Below, piece after piece: positions 1 to 10,945 of a stretch of DNA of 32,895 bases. The stretch is from Stramenopiles sp. TOSAG23-2. Lineage: Eukaryota. The translations under genes were made by a program, and so were the position numbers. The stretch lies in the NCBI GenBank assembly GCA_900128395.1, contig LT649361.1:1-32895 (forward strand), written 5' to 3'. Numbering within the stretch: the first letter of the stretch is position 1; each line of letters starts with the position of its first letter. The notes below the pieces were generated by a model, which saw nothing but the letters and a program-made list of their open reading frames with translations, did not search any database and was not told the origin of the DNA.

Positions 1-411
1 ATCCATAAAAAGGTGCAAAAATGTAGAATTTTTTACAAAAAATGCTCTGTAGACTGCCAAGACTAAGATCCTATTTAAAATAGTGGAAAAAGTGTCAAAA
101 TATGAAAAAAATAACACTATTCATAATGGATGTTGGCGTTCTGGACCAGAGTAATCCACACCACCACCACAGCACACCAAAAGTCAACCAGGAACCAGGA
201 GGGCAACAGTATATTGTTTTTTCTTCTATAAAAATCCAATATTTTTTATTTCATTTTATGATAAAATTAGTGCTAGCTGGCTAGTACTATATAGAATGAA
301 ATTATAAAATATAGAGGTTTTCTAGATATTCGTAGTAAATTGCATCGTCTTAATTTCGGATATTTGTTTAATATAACATGTATATTTGGTATTCTAGTCA
401 ATAAGGCCTCC

Positions 412-677
412 CGCAGTGCTAGCTACCCTCTAAAACATGCCAAAACTGATGTGGACTTAACAAAATATCAAAATATAAAACTATTCACTATGGGAAATAG
501 GTATATATCGTTTTCTAAAATGCCAATATTTTATTTTTCATATTATATTTTTGTAAAAAATAGCAAATATCCGAAAATATAGAAAAAATGATTGAATATT
601 TTCCCCATAGTGAATAGTTTTAAGTGTACAATTTTGGCATGTTTTTGGAATGTTTTTAGGGGGGGTATAGCACTGCG
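412..677. mobile_element. MITE-like / foldback element with long imperfect terminal inverted repeats
   Basis: Perfect inverted blocks: CGCAGTGCTA 412-421 / 668-677; AAAACATGCCAAAA 432-445 / 632-645; TAAAACTATTCACTATGGG 476-494 / 604-622. Non-coding, no transposase. Confidence 0.6.
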
Positions 678-936
678 AACGTCGGCTGGTCCCTCTTCAA
701 ACATCATCTCTACAAATTACGGTTATTTATGTTTTTAACGTATAGGTACATCAATATCTATAGATAGTAATGGAACAACAAGTTTGTGTGGGTAGATCGT
801 AGAACTATATATGTACATACAATTTGTACAACGTTAATAGATAGTATATAAGTAAAGGAAATTCAAAGTTTTTTGTTCTCTTTTTCTTTTTCTTTTTCTT
901 TGTGTGTGTTTGTGTTTGTGTTTGTTTGTTTGCAAA

Positions 937-2862
937 ATGTCACATGGTGGTTCGAAACATAATACATCGCCAAATCGTAAACGGAGGCAATTATTATCAA
1001 CAACAACTAAAGTCAATCCACAAATAGAAAATGGATTTACTACCTCAAAAGCATTTTGGAAATTATTCAAAGCAAGTATGGGATTCATGCCACCGTCGTC
1101 TGGGTATATACCAGTATCGGACGATGGTGGGTATGCAAAATTTCAAGCAATGGTCTCTGATTTTCGTAAAAGGTATGGTATACGTTTAGATGAAAATGAA
1201 GAAGAGAAAATGAGTGGGGATCGTGAAGATCCTTCACGTGAGGAAGCAGACTCAAAACGAATGTTAGCAGATTTTGAGAAACGTTTATCGGAACAAGATA
1301 AGGAATATGAATATACACCACAAATGGAAGATACGTTAAATTGGTCCGATGAAGCAAAGCAATTAGCTGACTTAATTTCCAATGATTTGCGATTGGAAGA
1401 AAGAAGAAGGCCAGAGTTAACGACACGATTATTTATTACAAATTATTTTAAAACATTACGTATGAAAAATATGAATATAGTACGTATTGATGAAGGGTTA
1501 AATGTATTTACATCCTTACGTGAGTTAAGTTTAAGTGGAAATCCATTAGGATCTTTGCAAAGTTTACCAAAAACACTAGTCGTTTTAAATGTTTACAATT
1601 GCAATATACGTAATGTTGGTAGTGAAACATTGCCAAACTTATTGCATTTAGGTATAGGTTATAACGAAGTGGATGATGAAGTATTAAATAGTTTTCCAAA
1701 CATTTTTCCATCAATGCTTTCACTTGATATTTCGTATAATTATATATGTAATTTCAACAAAGCAATGGAAACGTTGGCTTCGATGCCAAAAACAACACAA
1801 TTGTTAATTTGGGGAAATCCATGTACATTGATTCGCGGATATACCAGTCGTGCATTAGTAGCATTGCAAAAAGTTACACGATTTGATGGAAATAAAATTG
1901 GTGCAGATGATCGTGATCATTATGCAGAAGAATTAAATAAATTAAACGAAGAAGAAGAAAATGCTAAACCACCAGAACCAGAACCAACGGAGGAGGAAGT
2001 AATGGCAGAAAAAGAAGAAGAAGAGACTGATGGAAAGGAACAAGAAAATGATGAAGGAAAAGGTGAAAAGGAGGAAGAAGAGGAAGGAAAAAAATTTGAA
2101 GAAACAGCAACGGAAGAGGAAGATAGTAATGATTACAAGACGATATTTAATATTAATATTAAAAATGTAACAAATCCACCGCCACCTAAAATACCACCAC
2201 CACCACCACCACCAGTTGAAGAAGAATCAAGTACGGAATCAACAAAAAGTAAAAAAGGTAAAAAAGGTGGTAAAAAAAAAGGAAAAACACCAGAACCGAG
2301 TAGACCAACATCACCTGAAGATATGACACCAGAGGATTATAAAACTTTAGCAGAAGAGCAAGATTTTCGTTATTTCGTCCGCATTGTACCACCATCTGAA
2401 GCTGCAGAGCATATTGCATATACGACAAAAGCAGTATCATGGGATACAGATGTAAATATTGGTGATGTGACTGAATTGGAAATACCTCGTACAGGAGATT
2501 TAGTTCCATGTATAATGTTTGATGGTTTAAAATTAGAATTATGGGAATCATTGCCAGGTGATAAGCCACAACCTAAAGAGGGAGAAGAGGATGCTGAAAA
2601 GAAAGGAGATGAGGAAGGGGAAGAAGGTGAAACAGTTGAAGAAGATATTCCACGTAAAGATAAATTAGTTGCAATTGCTGTAGTAAATTTAAATGAATTA
2701 ATTGATGCTAAATCAAATGGTGTGAAATCAATTGATAAAACATCAATATGGAAACCACCTCTTGGTACACGTAATAAAAAACTTAGTGAAGATGTTGTTG
2801 TTAATATTAGTATTGGTATGAATACAATTAAACCACTTGAGGATGCTGTTGTAGAGGAGTAA
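937..2862 (+). CDS. LRRC43: Leucine-rich repeat protein 43-like (probably cilia-associated), with Glu/Pro/Lys-rich low-complexity C-terminal half
   Basis: First ATG at 937, in the 904 frame. FITNYFKTLRM...LRELSLSGN...LLHLGIGYN...MLSLDISYN...LLIWGNP follows the recalled LRRC43 layout (YFRSLRV..LEELVLSAN..LQHLGLGHN..LVSLDLGFN..LVLQGNP). Confidence 0.75.
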   Translation: MSHGGSKHNTSPNRKRRQLLSTTTKVNPQIENGFTTSKAFWKLFKASMGFMPPSSGYIPVSDDGGYAKFQAMVSDFRKRYGIRLDENEEEKMSGDREDPSREEADSKRMLADFEKRLSEQDKEYEYTPQMEDTLNWSDEAKQLADLISNDLRLEERRRPELTTRLFITNYFKTLRMKNMNIVRIDEGLNVFTSLRELSLSGNPLGSLQSLPKTLVVLNVYNCNIRNVGSETLPNLLHLGIGYNEVDDEVLNSFPNIFPSMLSLDISYNYICNFNKAMETLASMPKTTQLLIWGNPCTLIRGYTSRALVALQKVTRFDGNKIGADDRDHYAEELNKLNEEEENAKPPEPEPTEEEVMAEKEEEETDGKEQENDEGKGEKEEEEEGKKFEETATEEEDSNDYKTIFNINIKNVTNPPPPKIPPPPPPPVEEESSTESTKSKKGKKGGKKKGKTPEPSRPTSPEDMTPEDYKTLAEEQDFRYFVRIVPPSEAAEHIAYTTKAVSWDTDVNIGDVTELEIPRTGDLVPCIMFDGLKLELWESLPGDKPQPKEGEEDAEKKGDEEGEEGETVEEDIPRKDKLVAIAVVNLNELIDAKSNGVKSIDKTSIWKPPLGTRNKKLSEDVVVNISIGMNTIKPLEDAVVEE

Positions 2863-3016
2863 AAAAAACCCAAAAAAGTTTTTTAAAACAAAATAAATTT
2901 ATATTAATGTGATATGTGCATACTACTCTATGATATAATGTATTTGTAATATGATATTAAATGACACACAGTAATGGCATACACACACACATCACACACA
3001 CCCTCATCGTCAAATA

Positions 3017-3766
3017 TCAACCTTTCTTTTCTTCCTCGTCATCTACAACATATTCATATTTTCCTGTATCAACTGTTTGAGTTGGTTCATTTAAAGGGTC
3101 AAAATCATAACGTCTCATTGCTTGTGTTGTTACTACCATCGAACCAATTATAGTAGCAACTATACATGAGATAAGTAATTGCCAATAATTTCTATTTATT
3201 GGTTGATTTGCATGGATTTCTGCTCTATATTGCATAAATATATAAAAACCATCAGGTATTAAATTTGTGCTATTGCTAGTTGCAATCGCTTTGACACTGT
3301 CTTTAAATAAAGTTTCAATTTCTGTAGGATCATCACGCATTTTATTAATTTTAAGTTTAAATACTTGTGCATTATTTAAAGTGGCAACATATACTTTAGT
3401 TTCTATTGTTGTTGAAACTCCTATTCCACCTCTCCCACCTTCCGGATTAAACTCTGAAACAGACGATATTTCGATGACATCAGTACTACCACTAACATTT
3501 CGTACGTTGGCTATTGTAGCGATTGTTTGCTCAATCGCCAATTTTTCAACCAATGTTATCTGGGTCGTTGAATATCCATAAAATCTAAAAATATTGCGGA
3601 CGTAGTATGGGTAGGAAGGTATAGCATATAAGGATTTTTCAGGTTGTGTTGCTAAATCATATCCACTAACATGGTTTACATTATTCAAAAATATGAATAA
3701 CAAGACAGAAATGGTTGCACGGATTATAGGATGATGGACAACTTTGTATTTATTTGTAGAAGACAT
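3017..3766 (-). CDS. Hypothetical single-pass membrane protein (signal peptide, extracellular domain, C-terminal TM, acidic tail)
   Basis: 249-aa ATG ORF. Hydrophobic N-terminal segment (ATISVLLFIFL..VSG-YD) and C-terminal TM (WQLLISCIVATIIGSMVV). Confidence 0.7.
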   Translation of the reverse strand: MSSTNKYKVVHHPIIRATISVLLFIFLNNVNHVSGYDLATQPEKSLYAIPSYPYYVRNIFRFYGYSTTQITLVEKLAIEQTIATIANVRNVSGSTDVIEISSVSEFNPEGGRGGIGVSTTIETKVYVATLNNAQVFKLKINKMRDDPTEIETLFKDSVKAIATSNSTNLIPDGFYIFMQYRAEIHANQPINRNYWQLLISCIVATIIGSMVVTTQAMRRYDFDPLNEPTQTVDTGKYEYVVDDEEEKKG

Positions 3767-4404
3767 TTTTAATTGATTGCTCTTTCTCTCTCAAGGGACT
3801 TTTGCATATGGTAGTCGTAGTAGTACTATAATGTATACGATACACAGTAAGTTAACAATGACTAGTAAACATGTCTCTCCACGCTATAGTATTAATATAT
3901 TTAATATACCTCATCATATAATGTGTTTTTAGTCTTTTTTTACCAGTTTTAGTTCCTCTCTCCCAGTCTCCGTATATATAGCAACAACAATACAACAATA
4001 ACAACAAAAGTATTACAGAGGACAAAATTAACACAGCACACAATGTAAACCACACAACTCACTATAACTACTGTAATACTCAATACATGTTATACCTAAT
4101 ACCAGTGTCGTCTGGCAATAAACTAAAGTTACTATTGATTGCTTTAACATAGACACACCATTACATACGATTCCCACAAAATGATGAAGAAGAAGATGTG
4201 ATGAGTTTCTTTACCTTCCTTTGTGCCTTTCCATACAAAAAATAATATACAAAATAATATAATAAAATAGATCAAGCAAGATACAAAGGCAATATATAGA
4301 TATTTCCACATTCATCATCATCGTCATCTTCTTATATATTACAACCATCTATCTCTAGGTATATGCTTTATACGATACATTGAAATAACACAGGTAAAGA
4401 AAGC

Positions 4405-6177
4405 ATGTCGGATTTTAATCGAAGAAAAATTAATTGTTTATCCAAAATGGATAAAAGTGCAGCGGGGAGAATTGATTATTATGCAGTTGAAATTTGCGAG
4501 TTAATTAATAAATTGGATGATTTTTATACAACATCATCATGTGCTGGTCGTTGCTTATTATGGAGAGGTGTAGGTATCAAAGGGACTACAAAAGGTACAT
4601 TTGAACGATTTCGTGTGAATCACGGCTTGATTGAAAAACCGGAAGAATATTTAAATATAAAAGTAGATAATAATAATAATAATGATAATAATAATAATAA
4701 TAATGAAAACAATAATAACAGTGAGGAAGCTATTAATCCATTTCATATCCATACGATGACTAGTACAAATACATCATCATCAACAGAAATCGATGGTACA
4801 TTATGGTTACGATGCGAGCCATTCATATTACATGTATGTTGTCGGACTTTATCTGCCGCCGAAGCGTTTATACAAGCCGCAAGAGCTGCATTTAAAAATA
4901 CAAGTTTACAATCATGGAAAAAAGAAAAATATATGGTATCAATATGGGGTGATGATGGATTGGATATGCCTATTACAATGCCAGGTAGTCAAGGAACACA
5001 AGAATTATTTCCATTATTAGAACAAAAGCAATGGATACAATCGATCGTAAATACGAAGCATAAACGTAATTGGGGTAAAATTGAAAAATTAGTACATTCA
5101 ATCAGAGAAAATTTAACTGGTAAACGATTTTTGAATGATATCATTTCAAGTAGTAATAATAATAATAATAATGGTGATGATGAAGGAACAACAACTACTA
5201 TTCCACGTCATTTTGATATTATTGGTGATGTTGCGTTGATACATAAATTACCAGCGGAATGTAAAACAGAACAAGATGAAAAAGATGTTGCAAATATTAT
5301 ATTGAAATCAAATAAAAAAATTCGCGTAGTTGCATTACGAAGTTCAAAACTTGTTGGAGATGTTAAACGTAGTGATATTCGTACATTAGCCGGTCATGTT
5401 CGCAAACCATTGATGACAACTCATTATGAATTTGGTGTTGCATATATTCTTAATATTGGTGAATGTTTCTTCTCACCACGTATGAGTATGGAACGTATAC
5501 GAATATGCAATTCGGTTGGTAAAGATGAAAATGTCCTTTGTTTATTTTCTGGTATTGGTGCAGAAGCATTACAAATTGCAGTAAGAACACAAGCAAAAAG
5601 TGTCGTTGCGATTGAATACAATGAAGAAGCAGTACGATGTACTAATGTATCGGTAGGTAAATTATTTGGTACGAAAAAGCGTGAAAAAAATCCTATTGCA
5701 GCAAGAAAAATTCAATTATTACAAGGCAAGGTGGAAGATATATTGATGTCATCAGATTCAGAATTTCCAAAAGGGCATTTCCATAGAATCTTAGCGCCAC
5801 GACCAAAAGGTGTAGAGCCTGGTGTAAATGGTGGTGGTGGTGATGGTGGAGCATTTTACTTGAAATTATTATTGCAATATTTAAAATCTGGTGGAGAATG
5901 TCATTGGTATGATTTTGCAGGAAAAGATGAATTGCCAAATTGTGTACGTTCAAGAGAATTTATTGAAAATATTTGCAAAGAGGAAGGGTATTCATGTACA
6001 TTTATACATGTTGGCAAAGCTGGAAAAAAAAGCATTGCTGCTGGCCAATATCGTATTTGTTTAGATTTTCAAATTTATCCAATTACAGAAGAGAAAAAAA
6101 TATTAAATGGTGAAAATATCGTTAATGAACGTATGTTAAATAGCACATCAAAAGTACAAATCGAGTTAAAGAATTGA
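4405..6177 (+). CDS. TYW3: Fusion: TYW3/Taw3 tRNA wyosine N4-methyltransferase + Trm5/Met-10-family SAM-dependent domain (archaeal Trm5a-like)
   Basis: N-terminal DKSAAGRID...INKLDDFYTTSSCAGR and EPFILHVCCR are TYW3 motifs. C-terminal FDIIGDVALI, FFSPRMSMERIRI, LFSGIG, AIEYN, PRPKGV, HWYDF, YRICLDF belong to the Trm5/Met10 fold. Confidence 0.88.
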   Translation: MSDFNRRKINCLSKMDKSAAGRIDYYAVEICELINKLDDFYTTSSCAGRCLLWRGVGIKGTTKGTFERFRVNHGLIEKPEEYLNIKVDNNNNNDNNNNNNENNNNSEEAINPFHIHTMTSTNTSSSTEIDGTLWLRCEPFILHVCCRTLSAAEAFIQAARAAFKNTSLQSWKKEKYMVSIWGDDGLDMPITMPGSQGTQELFPLLEQKQWIQSIVNTKHKRNWGKIEKLVHSIRENLTGKRFLNDIISSSNNNNNNGDDEGTTTTIPRHFDIIGDVALIHKLPAECKTEQDEKDVANIILKSNKKIRVVALRSSKLVGDVKRSDIRTLAGHVRKPLMTTHYEFGVAYILNIGECFFSPRMSMERIRICNSVGKDENVLCLFSGIGAEALQIAVRTQAKSVVAIEYNEEAVRCTNVSVGKLFGTKKREKNPIAARKIQLLQGKVEDILMSSDSEFPKGHFHRILAPRPKGVEPGVNGGGGDGGAFYLKLLLQYLKSGGECHWYDFAGKDELPNCVRSREFIENICKEEGYSCTFIHVGKAGKKSIAAGQYRICLDFQIYPITEEKKILNGENIVNERMLNSTSKVQIELKN

Positions 6178-6448
6178 CTGGGTGAGGATTGAGAGATTGT
6201 AAATTGTAAAAAAATTACGTATGATAAATAAATGTGAAAAGATTAAAACAATTTTAGTGGTATTTTATTAAAAAAAATTTTAAAAAATTTAAAATGATGT
6301 GTGTGTGTGTACATTAAAAAAGTTTTATACTCGTAATATATCATATTCGTACGAGAGAAGTATATATATATAAAAAAATTGGTGCCTGTTACCTGTGCGT
6401 GTCTCTTTTTTGTGGCATCTCTCCCTCCCTCCCCCTCTCCTTACCAAC

Positions 6449-7675
6449 TTATATTTCAGATAACTTTGCCTTACGTTTGTTTTCCACTGCAACAGCAACT
6501 TTACTATTTGGATTTGGTTTGTTTAATTCTTTGGATATAAATTGTCCAGCTTCTAATAATGCATCAAAATCAACTCCAGTCTCAATATTTAATCCATACA
6601 ACATATAAACTAAATCTTCGGTGGAAACATTACCAGTAGCACCTTTTGCATATGGGCAACCACCTAATCCAGCAACTGCACTATCAAATACAGTAATACC
6701 ATGTTGTAATGATATTACAACATTTGCCAATGCTTGACCATATGTATCATGAAAATGTCCAGCTAATTTTTCCACTGGAACTACTTTGATCACTTCATTT
6801 AACATTCGAATAGTTGAACCTGGATCACCAATACCAATTGTATCACCAAGTGATATTTCATAACAACCTAATTCATATAATGCTTTTGATACATGAGCAA
6901 CTGCTACTGGATCAATTGGTCCTTCATACGGGCAACCCAATACACAAGATACATATCCACGCACAGCGATGTTGCTCTCTCGTGCCGATTCCATAATTGG
7001 TTTAAAACGCTCTAAACTCTCTTCAATTGAACAATTTATATTAGTTTGACTAAATGTTTCTGATGCAGCAGCAAAAATGGCAACTTCTGTTGCACCTGCA
7101 TCCCGTGCAGCTTCAAAGCCTTTTAAATTTGGACATAGCACAGGATATACAACGCCTGGAAACTTTTTAATTTGTTGTAAAACATCTTTATGATCCGACA
7201 TTTGTGGTACCCATTTTGGAGAAACGAAAGCAGTTGCTTCAATTGCTGATAAGCCTGATCTAGATAATTTATTACACAACTCAACCTTAACGGAAGTATC
7301 AATTAATTGTTTTTCATTTTGTAAACCATCCCGTGGTCCGACTTCAACGATTTTTACCGCATTTGGAAATGCATTTATAGGATTTATTAAAAATTGATCA
7401 TTATCATTATTACTGCCCGTGTTTGTGATAGATGTCGATCGTGTATTTCTTGATATGGATGTTGATATATTACGATACGATTTATATTGATATGTATTAT
7501 TATTTATTATTGTATTATTATTATTATTTTGCTTCTTTATTATATTATTTTGATAAAAATAATTCTTTAAATTATTATTATTAGTAGTAGAAAAAGTAGA
7601 ATAATAATTACAATTCGTTGTTCTGGCATTGTTTTTCACCATACATGATGATACTGATTGTAATTTCCTTTTCAT
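6449..7675 (-). CDS. HMGCL: Hydroxymethylglutaryl-CoA lyase, mitochondrial
   Basis: [53 protein letters not shown]. Long Asn/Ser/Arg-rich N-terminal extension, likely a presequence. Confidence 0.97.
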   Translation of the reverse strand: MKRKLQSVSSCMVKNNARTTNCNYYSTFSTTNNNNLKNYFYQNNIIKKQNNNNNTIINNNTYQYKSYRNISTSISRNTRSTSITNTGSNNDNDQFLINPINAFPNAVKIVEVGPRDGLQNEKQLIDTSVKVELCNKLSRSGLSAIEATAFVSPKWVPQMSDHKDVLQQIKKFPGVVYPVLCPNLKGFEAARDAGATEVAIFAAASETFSQTNINCSIEESLERFKPIMESARESNIAVRGYVSCVLGCPYEGPIDPVAVAHVSKALYELGCYEISLGDTIGIGDPGSTIRMLNEVIKVVPVEKLAGHFHDTYGQALANVVISLQHGITVFDSAVAGLGGCPYAKGATGNVSTEDLVYMLYGLNIETGVDFDALLEAGQFISKELNKPNPNSKVAVAVENKRKAKLSEI

Positions 7676-8554
7676 GGTCTGTTATATAGTTGTTCTTACA
7701 ATTGTTATTACTATTTTTTGTTATACATACATGTATGTTCTTCTCCATCCATCTACATGTGAACTAATATTTATTTATTTTTACCTGCAATTTTTAAGTT
7801 GTTAGTTATTAGAGGAAGAAAGTTCAATTTGGACGACGACGGAAAGTTATAATAAAAGACCAAAATTACCATTTTTATCCAAATTTTCTTTTATGTACAG
7901 TACGAGGATACAATTAGCACGCTATAAAACCATCAGTCGAATGGTTTTGAACCCTTTTCGGAACAAATTTTTGTTGATCGTAGCTTGATACTGTGTCCAT
8001 GCTAAATAGACAGAACGTAGCAGCTGATATCGGCCTCTCTGTATGGTACGTAAAAAGTAAAAAGTAAAAAGGCAAAATTTAAGTCGAGAAAGACTATTAT
8101 TAATTGTACTTAAATATATAGGAAATTATTTTCATCTATTTTATCAAATATCACAAAAGAATATAGTCTAGTTATAATATCAATAAATATCCGAAAATGA
8201 GTCTATCTTTTATGTTTTATACAATAAGCATGTGATGTACATTTTGTGGATGAAATATTTTAATATTTTGACGATCAAATATCCACATTGGCTTTCCAGC
8301 TTTCCAAAAAAGTCTAATAATATATTGTTAACCCACACCAAAATGCGATATATAGACATAATAAATATACATGGACACATGAACATGGCCTAAACATGGA
8401 TCAAGATAACAAATAACTAATTTAATCAAATATAAACAACCCAGGAAGACGACAAGTGAAAAGATAAAATACGAATTATTTATTATTTTAAAAATATATA
8501 ATAATAGAAATATAAAAGAAACAAAAAAAAAAAGAAACAAAAAAAAAACGAAGG

Positions 8555-9040
8555 ATGAATAATTTAACAAGTTATAATAACAATATTACTGATGTACAAA
8601 GTATTGGTGAAGGATTAAAAACAAACAATATATTAACGCACTTGTACCTAGGTGATAATAATATTACTGATGATGGTGGAATACAAAGTATTATTGATGT
8701 ATTAAAAACAAACAATACATTAAGGAGATTGGACCTAGACAATAATAATATTACTGATGTACAAAGTATTGGTGAAGGATTAAAAACAAACAATATATTA
8801 ACGCACTTGTACCTAGGTGATAATAATATTACTGATGATGGTGGAATACAAAGTATTATTGATGTATTAAAAACAAACAATACATTAAGGAGATTGGACC
8901 TACGTAATAATCAACTTAGTTATAATATGATATCACAATTAAGACGTATACATCAATATAAAAGAGATGTACTCTGGCAAGTTAAAAAAGATGGATCAAA
9001 CGGGTATCAACAAGTGAAAGGGATGTGGATAAGCGTATAA
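8555..9040 (+). CDS. Short RNI-like LRR protein, probably an internally deleted relative (possibly a pseudogene) of the LRR gene at 25443-29017
   Basis: Repeats NNNITD(V/DGGI)QSI..LKTNN.L..L.L and C-terminal cap DGSNGYQQV..MWISV are shared with the long gene. 156 nt are identical at 8582-8737 and 8747-8902 (165-nt period). Confidence 0.65.
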   Translation: MNNLTSYNNNITDVQSIGEGLKTNNILTHLYLGDNNITDDGGIQSIIDVLKTNNTLRRLDLDNNNITDVQSIGEGLKTNNILTHLYLGDNNITDDGGIQSIIDVLKTNNTLRRLDLRNNQLSYNMISQLRRIHQYKRDVLWQVKKDGSNGYQQVKGMWISV

Positions 9041-9255
9041 TAAATTAATATTTATATTTATATACTACCAACTACAATATACCTATATATATAATACTAT
9101 TTTAAAGCTAAACAGCTTATACAGAACATCACAGAACTCATCTGGTCATCATGTCGATACCTTATACAAATATATATATTACATAAAGAACAAACAAAAG
9201 TTTACAAAGTAAAAAGAAAAGAAAAAGAACAACTACATACATATACGTAGAAACC

Positions 9256-9773
9256 ATGTTAAGTGCAAGTGCATTGACGGATTTTTTAAGCAGTGTATGT
9301 TCCGATGGAGTGGACCATGCAATCGTAGTGAATTCAGAAGGATCATTATTAGGTGTTGGTACAGCAGAAAATGTAACAACAAATGTAAGTAAAAAAAAAA
9401 GAACCCTTTCAAACATTTAATAATCTATTTCTAACAATACGTATCCATACAAATCATTTATTTACAGATATTACCTGAAATTACATCATCATTTTTGACA
9501 AATATATGGGAAAATTATGCTGGTACCACTGGTAATGGACAAAACAATATGGATACAAAATCATCGTCTACTATGAATAATAACAATAATAATAAACAAC
9601 GTCCATTAAAAGATGTTTATATCAAATTAGAAAATGGTGTTATTGCAATGGCAAAAGTAAATAATCAATACCTTGTATGTGTATGTGGTGCAACCAGTGT
9701 AAATGAAATGGCATTACGTGCTAGATTGTCCGGTTTGATTAAAGAATTAACAAACGCAATGGCAGGTCCATAA
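9256..9773 (+). CDS. LAMTOR2: Ragulator subunit LAMTOR2 (Roadblock/LC7 fold); exons 9256-9384 and 9468-9773, 144 aa
   Basis: Spliced product MLSASALTDFLSSVCSDGVDHAIVVNSEGSLLG...SFLTNIWENY...LENGVIAMAKV..YLVCV..LRARLSGL matches LAMTOR2. The 83-nt phase-0 intron has a GTAAGT donor, TTCTAAC branch site and TTTACAG acceptor. Confidence 0.92.
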
Positions 9774-9949
9774 AAATATATATATTATATATTCACTTAA
9801 TATGAAAATATATTGTTTAAAATCTAAAAAAAGAAATTTTATTATTTTACAACACGAATCTTTCCATCAAACTTTTTCTCACCACAAAATCTTTAAACAC
9901 TCCTTATTTATTAAATATATAAAATCTAATTTCATGTACGAATAGATAA

Positions 9950-10267
9950 TTATGACGCAGCAGCTGCAGGATTTGCAACGACAATGACTACGTTATCACC
10001 ACGCAAAAACATTTTACCAATATACCTATCTTTATGAGTTGCACTACCACCTTTCCTATTCGTTTCACTCCATAATTCTTTTACATTTTCAAGTACCATA
10101 TTGCAATGACGATCAAATGCTTTGACTCTTGCTAATAATTTATGGTTATTTCTTAAACTAATTAATATTTGTGTATTTTTCGTGACGCTATTCATTAATA
10201 TGGACAACGGACCTTTACTAAAATCTTCCGTCTCGTTGTCATCTTTCTCTACTACCATTGATGACAT
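9950..10267 (-). CDS. SNRPD2: Small nuclear ribonucleoprotein Sm D2
   Basis: GPLSIL...[34 protein letters not shown]...[14 protein letters not shown]. Confidence 0.97.
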   Translation of the reverse strand: MSSMVVEKDDNETEDFSKGPLSILMNSVTKNTQILISLRNNHKLLARVKAFDRHCNMVLENVKELWSETNRKGGSATHKDRYIGKMFLRGDNVVIVVANPAAAAS

Positions 10268-10461
10268 CTTGTGTATCTTTCACTCTTCGTTGATTTCTTT
10301 TGATGATGATGATGGAGGATGATGACAAATACTTTTACCTCGTCTCTTCCCACACTTGTTTGTATAATATTAGAATATATACTAGTATTCAATTTTTGTC
10401 CATCAAAAATTCATTTTTTTAATTATAATAAATATCAAAAACCACCTTAACCTGATTGTGC

Positions 10462-10945
10462 ATCGTATTCACCTGCTAGAGACGGATAAAAACCTTTTCC
10501 CAAAATCGTGTGGGGTTCAGTTGCTTCAAATAAGTATAGATTTAGTATAATATAAATATATATTTATATAGGATAATAGGATAATATCAATAAAATCGGA
10601 TATTCTAGATATTTTCATCCAAATTAAAATTAACACATTGGTCATTATTGGATTTTATGAATTTAATTCTCGCCACCTATCAAATATTTATTTATACTAT
10701 ACTAAATCTGTACTAATTAGACCACGCCTGTTTTGAGGAGAGTTTCATCCGTCTTATTAACATGGATAAAACACTATATGCATAGCATGCGGGCATGGTA
10801 TAATGATATTATTTGCCTACTTTGTATACTTATACCGTTCATACTGTACTGTAATAATATATACCTACCAAATATATCGATATGGTATATGTCTATACCT
10901 TGTGTGCTATATCCATGTATTATCGTTATAGCAGGTGAATACGAT
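10462..10945. mobile_element. Putative MITE-like element bounded by perfect 17-bp inverted repeats
   Basis: ATCGTATTCACCTGCTA (10462-10478) and TAGCAGGTGAATACGAT (10929-10945) enclose 484 bp of AT-rich non-coding DNA between the divergent SmD2 and RPAC1 genes. Confidence 0.55.

Noticed and set aside
9162-9416. 84-aa minus-strand ORF resembling a secreted or membrane peptide
   Set aside because: Antisense to LAMTOR2 exon 1 and its intron.
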